This document shows positions 1 to 11,235 of a stretch of DNA of 64,000 nt, piece by piece. The DNA is from Octopus vulgaris (lineage: Eukaryota). The position numbers were made by a program, and so were the translations under genes. Location: the NCBI GenBank assembly GCA_951406725.2, contig OX597816.1, positions 58,528,001-58,592,000 of the forward strand. Reading direction: 5' to 3'. Each line of letters begins with the position of its first letter. Position 1 is the stretch's first letter. The notes under the pieces were generated by a model. It saw only the letters and a program-made list of their open reading frames with translations. It made no database searches and was not told the DNA's origin.

Positions 1-232
1 CACCATTACCGTCACGACAGCTCCCACCGCCGCCACCTTTATCCCACCACTACCACGCAACCACCACCAACACCACCACTCAAAGCTACCACCCACACAC
101 TACAACTTTACACAACTACTACCACACATACACACCAATAAAAACACCATCAACACTCCGCACTACAACCACCACAGCTGGCAACAACCGACACACTACC
201 GTAACCCCCCACTCCACTTCCAACTACCCTTA
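1..232. repeat. CAC/ACC-rich low-complexity tract
   Basis: Degenerate (CAC/CAA/CTA)n sequence. Confidence 0.7.
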
Positions 233-341
233 ACAGTAAGTAGGGCACTTGACATTCCATGTTGTTAGAGAGTCTGGGTTGGTTGGTGAGAGGAATTGAG
301 AAGGACGAAGAGCAGCTTTGAAGAGAAAGAGAGAGAAGAGG

Positions 342-372
<31 letters not shown>

Positions 373-561
373 CGGTGGGGAGTATCACTAGATATTGATG
401 TCTGGAGAGAAGTCAATGGGAGAACTTCAGCTGGGGTCGATCAGATTGCTGAAAATAGCAGCTAGACCCCTGGTCCTCAACTGGGGTCGATATGGCATTT
501 GAGGGTCCATATAAGATCTTGCTGTTAAAATTTATGATCAATAAATTGGTTATAATTCTAC

Positions 562-714
562 GAGTGGCTGTGTGGTAAGAAGCTTCCCAACTTCAAGGTT
601 CCGGGTTCAGTCCCACTGCGTGACACCTTGGGCAAGTGCCTTCTACTATGGCCTCGGGCCGACCAAAGCCTTGTGAGTAGATTTAGTAGACGGAAACTGA
701 AAGAAGCCCGTCGT
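562..714 (+). mobile_element. tRNA-derived CORE-type SINE family A, 5' half
   Basis: A box TGGCTGTGTGG, B box GGTTCAGTCCC and CORE-like CCTTGGGCAAGTG; matches copies at 6185 and 9759. Confidence 0.85.
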
Positions 715-870
715 GGGGGGGGGAGTGGTACAGTCGATAACATCGATCCCAGTACTCAACGGGTATTTAATTTATCGACCCCGAAAGGATGAAAGGCAAA
801 GTAGATCGTGGTGGAATTTTAACTCAGAACATAAAGAGACGGAGAAAATGCTGATAAGTATTTAGTCCGA
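715..870 (-). mobile_element. SINE family B (Meta-domain-like) fragment
   Basis: Reverse complement of CTTTGCCTTTCATCCTTTCGGGGTCGATAAAT. Confidence 0.8.
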
Positions 871-1040
871 TTCGAATAATTTCTGTTACCTGTTTCAGAA
901 ATATACCAACAGTTTTCTTTCTTACATAAGAAGAAACAAGTTGACGCTTCCCAGAAGATACATTTACAATCATTCGACATGTTGGACCGCTGAAATCTAC
1001 AACTTCTTTTTTCATTCTCTTTCTGTTTGCTTTCACATTC

Positions 1041-1076
1041 CTTTCTGTTGAAGAACGTAGGCTCGAAACGTAAAAG
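1041..1076 (+). ncRNA. Minimal type I hammerhead-like motif in PLE terminal repeat remnant
   Basis: CTTT-CTGTTGAA-GAAC gtag GCTC-GAAA-CG-TA-AAAG; same family at 29885(-) and 50167(+); stem II has one mismatch. Confidence 0.55.
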
Positions 1077-1165
1077 ACATTTTCATTTTTCCGAGTGTCA
1101 AACTAATACACTTGTTTGTTGTTCATAAACCTGTCATCGTCTTTTGTTTCTCAATAAATTTCAAC

Positions 1166-1204
<39 letters not shown>

Positions 1205-1206
<2 letters not shown>

Positions 1207-2013
1207 CAATAATAATTCTCTAAATGAGATATAGACAGTAACTGCTCCATAACATAAGGGACTAAAGCCATCTGAATATGGCTAGGGACAGGGCAGGGTG
1301 GTGGGGGTGTTACTGTTGAATTTAGCCCCAGGCGAACATCAACGTCGCCAGATAGGCTTGACACCATCACGGCGTCCTCTATCCTGCAAAGGGAGATAAT
1401 TCCCCGATGAAGCGGAAACCACACACGGACCTAGGTTTCAAGGTGTTTGCCTATTATCAACGTATGGTAGGCACCCACTTCCTCGACGAACTACTCACTC
1501 TGCAGGATATTTATATAGATTTTCAAGCAAAATACATTTGCTGATTTCGAAAATCTGTTCGACAGCAATAATAATTCTCTAAATGAGATATAGACAGTAA
1601 CTGCTCCATAACATAAGGGACTAAAGCCATCTGAATATGGCTAGGGACAGGGCAGGGTGGTGGGGGTGTTACTGTTGCATTTAGCCCCAGGCGAACATCA
1701 ACGTCGCCAGATAGGCTTGACACCATCACGGCGTCCTCTATCCTGCAAAGGGAGATAATTCCCCGATGAAGCGGAAACCACACACGGACCTAGGTTTCAA
1801 GGTGTTTGTCTATTATCAACGTATGGTAGGCACCCGCTTCCTCGACGAACCACTCACTCTGCAGGATATTTATATAGATTTTCAAGCAAAATACATTTGC
1901 TGATTTCGAAAATCTGTTCGACAGCAATAATAATTCTCTAAATGAGATATAGACAGTAACTGCTCCATAACATAAGGGACTAAAGCCATCTGAATATGGC
2001 TAGGGACAGGGCA
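1205..2013 (+). repeat. Tandem array of 2.25 copies of a highly structured 359-bp unit
   Basis: Units start at 1205, 1564 and 1923; four substitutions seen between units 1 and 2; begins directly after (TA)n. Confidence 0.95.
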
Positions 2014-2032
2014 TGAACAATGGTATGAACAA

Positions 2033-2547
2033 TGGTATGAACACAAGCCAAAGGGAGTAATGGAAAATGACCATTACAATATGCTCTGGGATTTTAAAAT
2101 ACAGTGCGAGACGGTGCGAGATTTTAAAATATAGAGGCGAGACGGCCAGATATCGTGATCATCCATTAAGATGAAAAAGAAGCAAAGATAATAGATGTTG
2201 CAATACTAAGCGATTCGAGGGTGAAATGTAAGGAAACAGAAAAGTGTGAGAATTACCAGCCATAGTGGGACGAAATGGGAAAGCTATGGGGCATAAGGAA
2301 AGTAATGGTGATACCAGTGGTAATTGGAGCATTAGGAACATTTTCTAAGAGTTTTGAAAAACATATTAAGAATATTGGAGCTGCTGTAAGGCTCGAGGTG
2401 ATCCAGAAGATCGCATTGTTTGGTACAGCTCGCATTCTAAGGAGAGTATTGTCTCTGAGTCACTACTTGAAACCTTTGGTGATTTGTTGTTGCCTGCTTT
2501 CAAGTGAAGAACAACAGGTAATTAAGGTCTATCCGATAGTCTTTCAG
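2033..2547 (+). mobile_element. Decayed 3' end of R4/Dong-like RLE non-LTR retrotransposon
   Basis: WYEHKPKGVMEND..MLWDF, RPDIV, and IPVVIGALG...IQKIALFGTARILRRVL; followed by (AAT/AAC)n. Confidence 0.85.
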
Positions 2548-2565
2548 AATAATAATAACAGTAAT

Positions 2566-2646
<81 letters not shown>

Positions 2647-2649
2647 TTT

Positions 2650-2812
2650 TGTCATAGGCACAAGGCCTGAATTTTGAAGGGAGGGATACTCATTTCATCG
2701 ACTCCGGGAGGATGAAAGGCAAATGTCGACCTCGGAGGAATTTGAACTCAGAACGTAAAACCGGGAGAAATACTGCTAAGAATTTTGCCCATGCCAGCGT
2801 TTCTTCCAGCTG
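2650..2812 (-). mobile_element. SINE family B copy
   Basis: GGATGAAAGGCAAATGTCGACCTCGGAGGAATTTGAACTCAGAACG. Confidence 0.8.
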
Positions 2813-2924
2813 TCCAGCTTCAAATTCTTTGCCCAAGTCCAGCAAATCAACTGAGGCCAAAGTCGATTGCACTTGCTCCTCGAGCTTAACTAAACAGAAT
2901 GGAAAAGTGAGATAGACTAGGTTG

Positions 2925-3360
2925 AAGAGGCAACGAGGAAGAGAGAGAGAGGGGGGTAGAGAGGAGATGGAAAGAGAAAAGAGAGGGAGAGAGGCTAGAT
3001 AGAGAAAAGAGGGAGGGGGCAGGGAGGAGAGAGAAAAGGGAGAGGGGAGAGAGAGGGGGAGAGAGAGGGGAGAGAGGGGAGAGAGGAGAGAGAGGGAGAC
3101 AGAGAAAAGAGAGGGAGCGAGAAAGGGGAGAGGGGAGAGAGAAAGGGGAGAGAGTGGAGGAGAGGGAAGAGAGAGCGGTGAAGAGGGAGGGGAGAGAGGA
3201 GAGGGAGAGAAGGAGAGAGAGAGAAAAGAGAGGAAGAGAGAAAAGAGAGGAAGAGAGACAAGAGAGGGATAGACAGAGGGAGAGAGGGTGGAGAGAGAAA
3301 AGAGAGAAGGAAGAGGGAGGGGCGAGAGAAAGGGTAGGGGGGAGACAGTGGGAGAGAGTT
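2925..3360. repeat. Purine-rich (GA/GGA) low-complexity tract
   Basis: About 430 bp almost entirely G and A. Confidence 0.9.
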
Positions 3361-3619
3361 AATGTCGGGTAGTGGGGTGTGGAGAGTGAAGAAGGAAAAA
3401 AAAGGAAACAATGGTTGAATGGAAGTTTGGAAAAGATTGGTTGTTGTCAGAACAACAATGAATATTAATTTTATTGCCCTCTCTCAGCGACACCTAGCGT
3501 TGACCCCGTCGCCACGTTATCCTTGTATCTTAAAGCCTGGAGGACCTTAATTATATAACACACTTCAGCCTCATTAATTTGTTTTAAAAAGGGGCTGGAG
3601 TTCAGTTGGTGTAACGCAG

Positions 3620-4141
<522 letters not shown>

Positions 4142-4447
4142 CCGTCTACCCCCATCCTTGATTACCTAAGTATTAACTTAAACAGGATCCCTAATGGTCC
4201 TTGATCAACCATGCTACGAGTATACTCCCACCCTAACTGCACCTGTAAACTTATTTACCTCTAGCTTTTCCCTTCGTGTTTAATCCCCTCTGACCCCTTC
4301 ACATATATCATGATTCTGTAATTAAGAACCTGAAGATTATAAATTACTCCGAGTACAACAACATCTGTAAGTTATTAAACTTCACTTCAACAACATCGTT
4401 AATGTCTTACATAAATTCTTAAATCTTGGCGGTAACGTCGAATTAAA

Positions 4448-4521
<74 letters not shown>

Positions 4522-4799
4522 GTCTACAGTTGAACTGTTTCACAGAATCCTTAGAGCCCTGGAAAAGTGGGACATAGTATTTCTTCTGGTTCTGAGCTCG
4601 AATCCTGCCGAGATCAGTTTTGCCTTTCATCATTTTGGTGTCTATAAAATAAATAGTATTCAAGAATTTAGGTTTATCATATCAACTAATCCCTCCTCTA
4701 AAAACTGCTGGCCTTGTGACAATATTTGAAACCACCACTTCCTGTATTTTCGCGGCTGTTATCGGCCTGTCACGCCGTTCGAGCCTCTCTCGCCAACAG

Positions 4800-4817
4800 G
4801 CGCGACAGCCCATCCAG
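4800..4817 (+). CDS. Putative 18-nt microexon of host gene (phase 2-2, ..RDSPS..)
   Basis: ctctctcgccaacAG|GCGCGACAGCCCATCCAG|GTagtc; frame-compatible with exon 5995-6050. Confidence 0.4.
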
Positions 4818-5335
4818 GTAGTCCTTGAAGTAGAGTGAAGTGCTCTTGAAAACCCGCACACATCTTCACTAGTTCGAGCAATGTGGATGAATAAACATTA
4901 CATTTCACAGAATAATTTTGGTAAATTGTTAAAAGCAGAAAGTTTTTAAAATTTAATACTTAACATTTCATTTAGGAAAAAAAACAACAACTCAATTTGT
5001 ACATGATACAAGTAGGCATTAACAAGTTCAGGGGCCTTCAGGGTTGCAGAATCTAGCAGGAGCACAAGGACATAAATATACAAATTTCTTTCACATAAGG
5101 AAAGACAAACTGACAGTGAAGCCATACGCAGACAGACACAAATTCACAGCGAAACGAAAATCATCGACGCACCAACAAAAAGACAACTACACAACCGCCT
5201 TGCCCTGCATTCCTGACAAGATAAAAAATTTTTTTTCTTTTGCGGCATTTCCTCTATCTTCACGTTCTGAGTTCAAATGCTTCCGAAGTTGACTCTACTT
5301 TCCAGCATTTCAGAGTCGATATAATAAATACCACT

Positions 5336-5568
5336 AAGGCGGCGAGTTGGCAGAAACGTTAGCACGCCGGGCGAAATGCGTAGCCGTATTTCGTCTGTCT
5401 TTACGTTCCGAGTTCAAATTCCGCCGAGGTCGCCTTTGCCTTTCATCCTTTCGGGGTCGATTAAATAAGTACCAGTTACGCACTGGGGTAGATATAATCG
5501 TCTTAATCCGTTTGTCTGTCCTTGTTTGTCTTCTCTGTGTTTAGCCCCTTGTGGGTATTAAAGAAATA
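5336..5568 (+). mobile_element. Young full-length SINE family B nested in an older family B copy
   Basis: AAGGCGGCGAG...AAAGAAATA with 18-bp TSD GATATAATAAATAC(C/T)ACT at 5318-5335 and 5569-5586. Confidence 0.9.
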
Positions 5569-5630
5569 GATATAATAAATACTACTTGAGCACTGCGGTT
5601 GATGGGATCAACTAACCTCTCTCCTCACTT

Positions 5631-5637
5631 TACAACA

Positions 5638-5693
<56 letters not shown>

Positions 5694-5910
5694 AACCACC
5701 ACCACCACCACCGCCAGCACTACCAACACCACCACCACCACCACCGGCACCTCCACCTCCGCCTCCACCACCACCACCACCACCATCACCACCACCATCA
5801 CTACCACCACCACCACTACTACTATTACTACTACTACCACCGCCGCCGCCACGGCCGGCACCACATCCACCACCACCATCGCCACTACTACTACTACTAC
5901 TACTACTACA
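5631..5910. repeat. (ACT)n/(ACC)n compound trinucleotide repeat
   Basis: Direct reading. Confidence 0.95.
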
Positions 5911-5994
5911 GCGATGTCAGCTGTGAAGTGTGGCTATACTCGGATCGTCTCCGCTCACATGACACTCTCCCCCTGTTTTGTGTTTTCCTTCAAG

Positions 5995-6050
5995 GCCCTG
6001 CACCCGCTACTTCATTCATTCCTTCTTCCTCCACTCCATCCGCCAGAACG
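5995..6050 (+). CDS. Putative host-gene exon (phase 2-1, PCTRYFIHSFFLHSIRQN)
   Basis: Branch-like GCTCAC, pyrimidine tract, ttccttcaAG| acceptor and CG|GTAAAC donor; open frame joining the next exon. Confidence 0.55.
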
Positions 6051-6184
6051 GTAAACATCTCAGATTAGTGCTCTGCAAAGCTTTCCGCTACTCCAGTAAT
6101 TACTTAAGAGGAGCACCAGTAGCAACCGTTTATGAGATCAAGCGAAGGACAGTTCCTTTCTTGATATTCACACACACACACATA

Positions 6185-6316
6185 GGCGTAGGAATGGCTG
6201 TGTGGTAAGTAGCTTGCTAACCAACCACATGGTTCCGGGTTCAGTCCCACTGCGTGGCACCTTGGGCAAGTGTCTTCTGAGTGGATTTGGTAGACGGAAA
6301 CTGAAAGAAGCCCGTC

Positions 6317-6370
<54 letters not shown>

Positions 6371-6567
6371 ATGTTTGTGTTTGTCCCCCCAACATCGCTT
6401 GACAACCGATGCTGGTGTGTTTACGTCCCCGTAGCTTAGCGGTTCGGCAAAAGAGACCGATAGAATAAGTACTGGGCTTACAAAGAATAAGTCCTGGGGT
6501 CGATTTGATCGACTAAAAAGGTGGTGCTCCAGCATGGCCCCATTTAAATGACTGAAACAAGTAAAAG
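6185..6567 (+). mobile_element. SINE family A, near full-length with internal (TA)n(TG)n
   Basis: tRNA head, CORE-like segment, internal microsatellite and 3' GACTGAAACAAGTAAAAG. Confidence 0.9.
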
Positions 6568-6709
6568 TGTAAAGAGAACCTGTTACGTTTAAAACACACA
6601 CACATACACACACACACATACACATACACACTCACATGGATGCTTACATATACAGGCATATACATACATATACACACGTATAACAACAACAACAATAATA
6701 ATAATAAGT

Positions 6710-6903
6710 TAAAATTTTTGGTAGAGGTTCAGCAGTTTTAGGATGGAGGGTAAGTTGAATACATCAACCTCACTACTCAGCTGTACTCAGATTTTATCGA
6801 TCCCGATAGGATGAGCTGCAACGTCGATCTCAGAGGAATTTGAATTCAGAACGTAAAGACGGACGAAATGCCGCTAAGCATTTTTTCCGGCCAGCTCACC
6901 GCC

Positions 6904-6973
<70 letters not shown>

Positions 6974-6989
6974 TATGATGATGATGATG

Positions 6990-7042
<53 letters not shown>

Positions 7043-7247
7043 CCTGACTACTATTTGTACAAGGCCTGAAATTTTGGGAGACGGGGCCAGTCGATTACAT
7101 CGACTCCAGTATGCAACTGGTACTTAATTTATCCACCCCGAAAGGATGAAAGGTAAAGTGTCGACCTCGGTGGAATTTGAACTTAGAAACTAAAGACGGA
7201 CGAAATACTGCTAAGCATTTTCCCAATGATTCTGCCAGCTCGCCGCC

Positions 7248-7250
<3 letters not shown>
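6710..7250 (-). mobile_element. Two SINE family B copies separated by (AAT)n
   Basis: Family B reverse complement at about 6710-6905 and 7055-7250. Confidence 0.85.
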
Positions 7251-7303
<53 letters not shown>

Positions 7304-7315
7304 CTAACCACTATA

Positions 7316-7510
7316 TTTGTGGGATTGCTACTTCCTTAGATTTGGCAAGTTATTTTTATATTTTAGGATTATCTTCAATTCAGATTTGTAAGTAATCATT
7401 TAAACAGTTATGCTACGTATTACATATAATCCGTTACAGCTTTAAAATTTTGTGCATAGAGTTGCTTTAGAAAAATATCTTTAAGCTTTTACATCTGGGA
7501 AAATAAAACT
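7316..7510. repeat. Old unclassified interspersed repeat, second copy at about 10360-10553
   Basis: Both share TTATCTTCA.TTCAGA, TAATCATTT and TTTAAGCTTTTACATCTGGGAA. Confidence 0.6.
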
Positions 7511-7929
7511 ACGGCTTGAAATATTCATCCGTCCGTCCATCCATGCAGACTTCGTCTCGTGTTAAATATTACAATAAACGGAAAAATAAGAACGTATCAT
7601 GGTTTTAGGGTTAATTCCTCTTTAAAAAACCTACTGCACAAGTTTTGCATCAAAACTGAAAAAAAAAAAAAAATGTCCTCTGTGATGTGGGAATTAATGG
7701 CTAAAAACTGTGTTGTTGCAACAGATGTATTTGTGGTGGGCATAATTATTTCTATATTCCTTAATGAAATTACATTTTCGAAATTTGATTCTTATATTTG
7801 GCATTCTTTCCATTTACCGTGTTCTCATAGCACTAAAGAATTATTTTTCGGATATTGAGCATTTATCAAAGAGGACCTTATAATTGCTGCTATAATTCAG
7901 CACCATGTACAGAATCTTACATGGATATA

Positions 7930-8320
7930 TTCATCCATCCATCTCCGCACACTATTCATAGAAGTATCGTAAGAGTAGAGCCCTCAACTACTTCCTTCAT
8001 AGGATCCTATTAGAGGCAACCATCACTACTCTTTCTGGCTGGATTCTCAAGCGTGACCAACCCAGACGATGGATATTATCTAACCATCTCGTTCTTGGTC
8101 AACCTTAAGGCCTCCTCTCCTTTGGCCCAGCTTGAAGAATTCTTCTTGCGAGCCTTTCTTGTGGCATTCTAATAACATGTCTGTACAACTGGAGTTGTGA
8201 CCTCCAAATGCAGATATGTAGCGGCTTGAACTTGGGGTTTCGAGCTACATATTCTGTAGAGTTATGTTACTCCGGAGATCTTTCGAAGGAACCCAATTGC
8301 GACTGATTGTATTCGCGATC
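7930..8320 (-). mobile_element. Decayed RTE LINE 3' end
   Basis: Minus strand reads RSQLQLYRHVIRMPQERLARRIL...PRTRWLDNI with a (TGGA)n tail; same family at 55390. Confidence 0.7.
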
Positions 8321-8340
8321 CTACTCTTTTATATGAAATC

Positions 8341-8493
8341 ATGGCTGTGTGTTAAGAAGCTTGCTTCCCAACTACAGGGTTCCAGGTTCAGTCCCACTGC
8401 GTGACACCTTGGGCAAGTATCTCCTGCTAAATCCCCGGGCTGACCAAAACCTTGTGAGTTGATTTGGTTGACGGAACCTGAAAGAAGCCCGTC
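8341..8493 (+). mobile_element. SINE family A 5' half
   Basis: Matches 562-714. Confidence 0.85.
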
Positions 8494-8603
8494 AAGGCTC
8501 ACGCTCGCTCTGATACCATGAGTTGAGGTGATGTCTTCTAGTGCCTTCAAATTTAATACACAATTATTAATAATTGAGATGCAATTATTTATGATTGAAG
8601 AGT

Positions 8604-8694
8604 CCTACGCTGAGGAGGAAAATAGTCAGGTAAGACATAATTATTTAATTTTTATGCTCTGAATTGACTTGATTCCGAAACGTACGTCCGTAGG
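8604..8694 (+). ncRNA. Type I hammerhead ribozyme with intact core and long stem II
   Basis: Stem I CCTACG/CGTAGG, core CTGAGGA, stem II GGAA/TTCC, GAAA, palindromic stem III ACGTACGT, GTC cleavage triplet. Confidence 0.85.
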
Positions 8695-8876
8695 TAACTT
8701 AATATAGAATGATTTCCGTCATTTCTTTCTCTTTTGCCTGCGTCGTTTGTTTTTTAAGTGCTTTGGTTTTACTGGGATCGGCCTTTTAAGTAGAAAGAAT
8801 AGCCAAAACTTTTTGACTGCTATTTCTAAATTCGGTATGTGGTGAGGCAAATCGTTGCTGAACCCTTAATTAATTA

Positions 8877-8946
<70 letters not shown>

Positions 8947-9144
8947 GTACGTGTATTTTTTCAATGTGTAAAAATAACACGAAAAAAAAAAAATAGTTAC
9001 CAGGATAGCAAAAATTCGCTCAAGTTCCAAGGATATTACAGCCTATTTATAAAGGTAGAAGTTCCAGGGTTTAGTGAAATGTTCTTGTTTAACATGGATA
9101 AATTAAGAAATGGAGTTAGACGCAGGTGTTATTCAAATCTTTAT

Positions 9145-9230
9145 ACTTCCGACATATGTTTCGAAAACATTGGTATTATTCTCGAGGGAATAAAATGATG
9201 TAAAACAATGTAATCATCTCATCAGAGAGC
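9145..9230 (-). ncRNA. Type I hammerhead ribozyme motif
   Basis: Minus strand: CTGATGA, long stem II (CATTG/CAATG), GAAA, ACATATGT palindrome and GTC; stem I partly decayed. Confidence 0.7.
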
Positions 9231-9270
9231 TACTGTCTGGTACTCCATCAGGGCATTATTATTATTATTA

Positions 9271-9334
<64 letters not shown>

Positions 9335-9464
9335 CATCATCATCATTATCATCATCATCATCATCGTATCGTCATCGTCATCATCATCATCAACATCATC
9401 ATCATCATCATCATCATTATTCATGATAATATCAACAACAACAACAACAATAATAATAATTATA

Positions 9465-9665
9465 GGTTTCAAATTTTAGCACAAGGCCTGAAATTTTGGT
9501 CGCGGGGATAAGACAATTACATCTTCCCCAGTACTCAGCTCTTACTTATTTTATCGACTCCCGAGAGAGAGATGAAAGGCAAAGTCGAAATTCGAACTCA
9601 GAACGTAAAAGACATGCGAAATCCCGCCACGTATTTTGCCCGGCGTGCTAACGATTCCACCAGAT
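9465..9665 (-). mobile_element. SINE family B copy (degenerate)
   Basis: GATGAAAGGCAAAGTCGA...GAACTCAGAACG...GCCCGGCGTGCTAACG. Confidence 0.8.
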
Positions 9666-9758
9666 CAATAATGATAAAAAAAAACAAAAGACACCAGCAA
9701 TCCTGCATTCTGCTAGAATCCTAACAAATATTCTTGAGGTTTAAAGAGAATTGTCAAC

Positions 9759-9912
9759 GGCTATGTGGTAAGTAGCTTCTTTACCAACTGCATGGTTCCG
9801 GGTTCAGTCCCACTTCATGGCACCTTGGGCAAGTGTCTTCTACTATAGCCTCGGACCGACCAAAGCCTTGTGAGTGGATTTGGTAGACGTAAACTGAAAG
9901 AAGCCCGTTGTA

Positions 9913-9975
<63 letters not shown>

Positions 9976-10219
9976 ATGTGTGTGCGTGTGTGCGTGTGTG
10001 TGTTTGTGTGTCTGTGTTTGTTCCTCTTGCATTGCTTGACAACCGATGCTGGTGTGTTTACGTCCCCGTCGCTTAGCGGTTCGGCAAAAAAGACCGATAG
10101 AATAAGTACTGGGCTTACAAAGAATAAGTCCCGGGGTCGATTTGCTCGACTAAAGGCGGTGCTCCAGCATGGCCGCAGTCAAATGACTGAAACAAGTAAA
10201 AGAGTAAAAAAAAAAGAGT
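9759..10219 (+). mobile_element. SINE family A with 60-bp flanking direct repeat
   Basis: Identical 60-mers at 9699-9758 and 10220-10279. Confidence 0.92.
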
Positions 10220-10553
10220 AATCCTGCATTCTGCTAGAATCCTAACAAATATTCTTGAGGTTTAAAGAGAATTGTCAACAAACCTCACGATAATATTCCT
10301 TTAAATTAATTTGGCGTATAATAGCTTTTGATAACAACAACACCCATCCAACCGCTGTATTTCGGGGTGAGCCACTTGTGCAGTTATGACGAAATATTTT
10401 AAATATTAGGGTTATCTTCAGTTCAGACGGTAACTAATCATTTGAGCAGTTATACCGTGTATTACATGTAAGCTGTAGCGGCTTTAATTTTTTTTTTTAC
10501 AAAGATAGGGTTTAAAAATATACATTTAAGCTTTTACATCTGGGAACTTAAAC

Positions 10554-10587
<34 letters not shown>

Positions 10588-10609
10588 CATATATATATAT
10601 ATACACGCA

Positions 10610-10640
<31 letters not shown>

Positions 10641-10653
10641 CATATATATATAC

Positions 10654-10694
<41 letters not shown>

Positions 10695-10717
10695 TACATA
10701 CATACATATATACACAC

Positions 10718-10797
<80 letters not shown>

Positions 10798-11235
10798 TGG
10801 TAAAACGGTAAGATAACAAAAGAAAGAAAGATACCTCAATATTATGTAAATAGAGGAAATTTATCTATAAGATAATATGTTACATTACTTGATAGTCAAG
10901 ATAAAACTCTGAGTTTCAGATGCCGAAGTGGGAATCCACAACTCCATCTCTTCGGTTATCTGGCTATTTGAAAACGCTATGAAAAAATACCGTTATACAA
11001 AGGGAAATTACTGTGTTATAACTCTGCTTGCCTGCGTACTTATACATCGTTATGTAAACGTACACATCTTCACTCGCATTTTTCGCCATAAAAATTATAT
11101 AAAAATACATTAAAAAAATATAAAAAATATATTAAAAAAATATTAAAAAATATACATAAAATATATATAAAAAATATATGATAGAAGGTATGATGAGGTA
11201 AAAAACTTCTTGGGACATAACATAGAAAGCATGTT

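Noticed and set aside
1585-1625. Group I intron S- and R-like words (GAGATATAGAC, GGGACTAAA) in the 359-bp unit
   Set aside because: Wrong order within the unit, P7 cannot pair, and the S-like word is absent from the E2 homolog.
1762-1800. Hammerhead in the 359-bp unit (CCGATGA-AGCG-GAAAC)
   Set aside because: No room for stem II, no stem I, and the segment pairs instead with CCGCTTCCTCG.
3488-3550. Good acceptor ctctctcAG at 3487
   Set aside because: No matching donor before stops, so it cannot be joined to the exon chain.
5599-6054. Thr-rich mucin-like ORF
   Set aside because: It is an (ACT/ACC)n repeat. Only 5995-6050 has exon signals, and in another frame.
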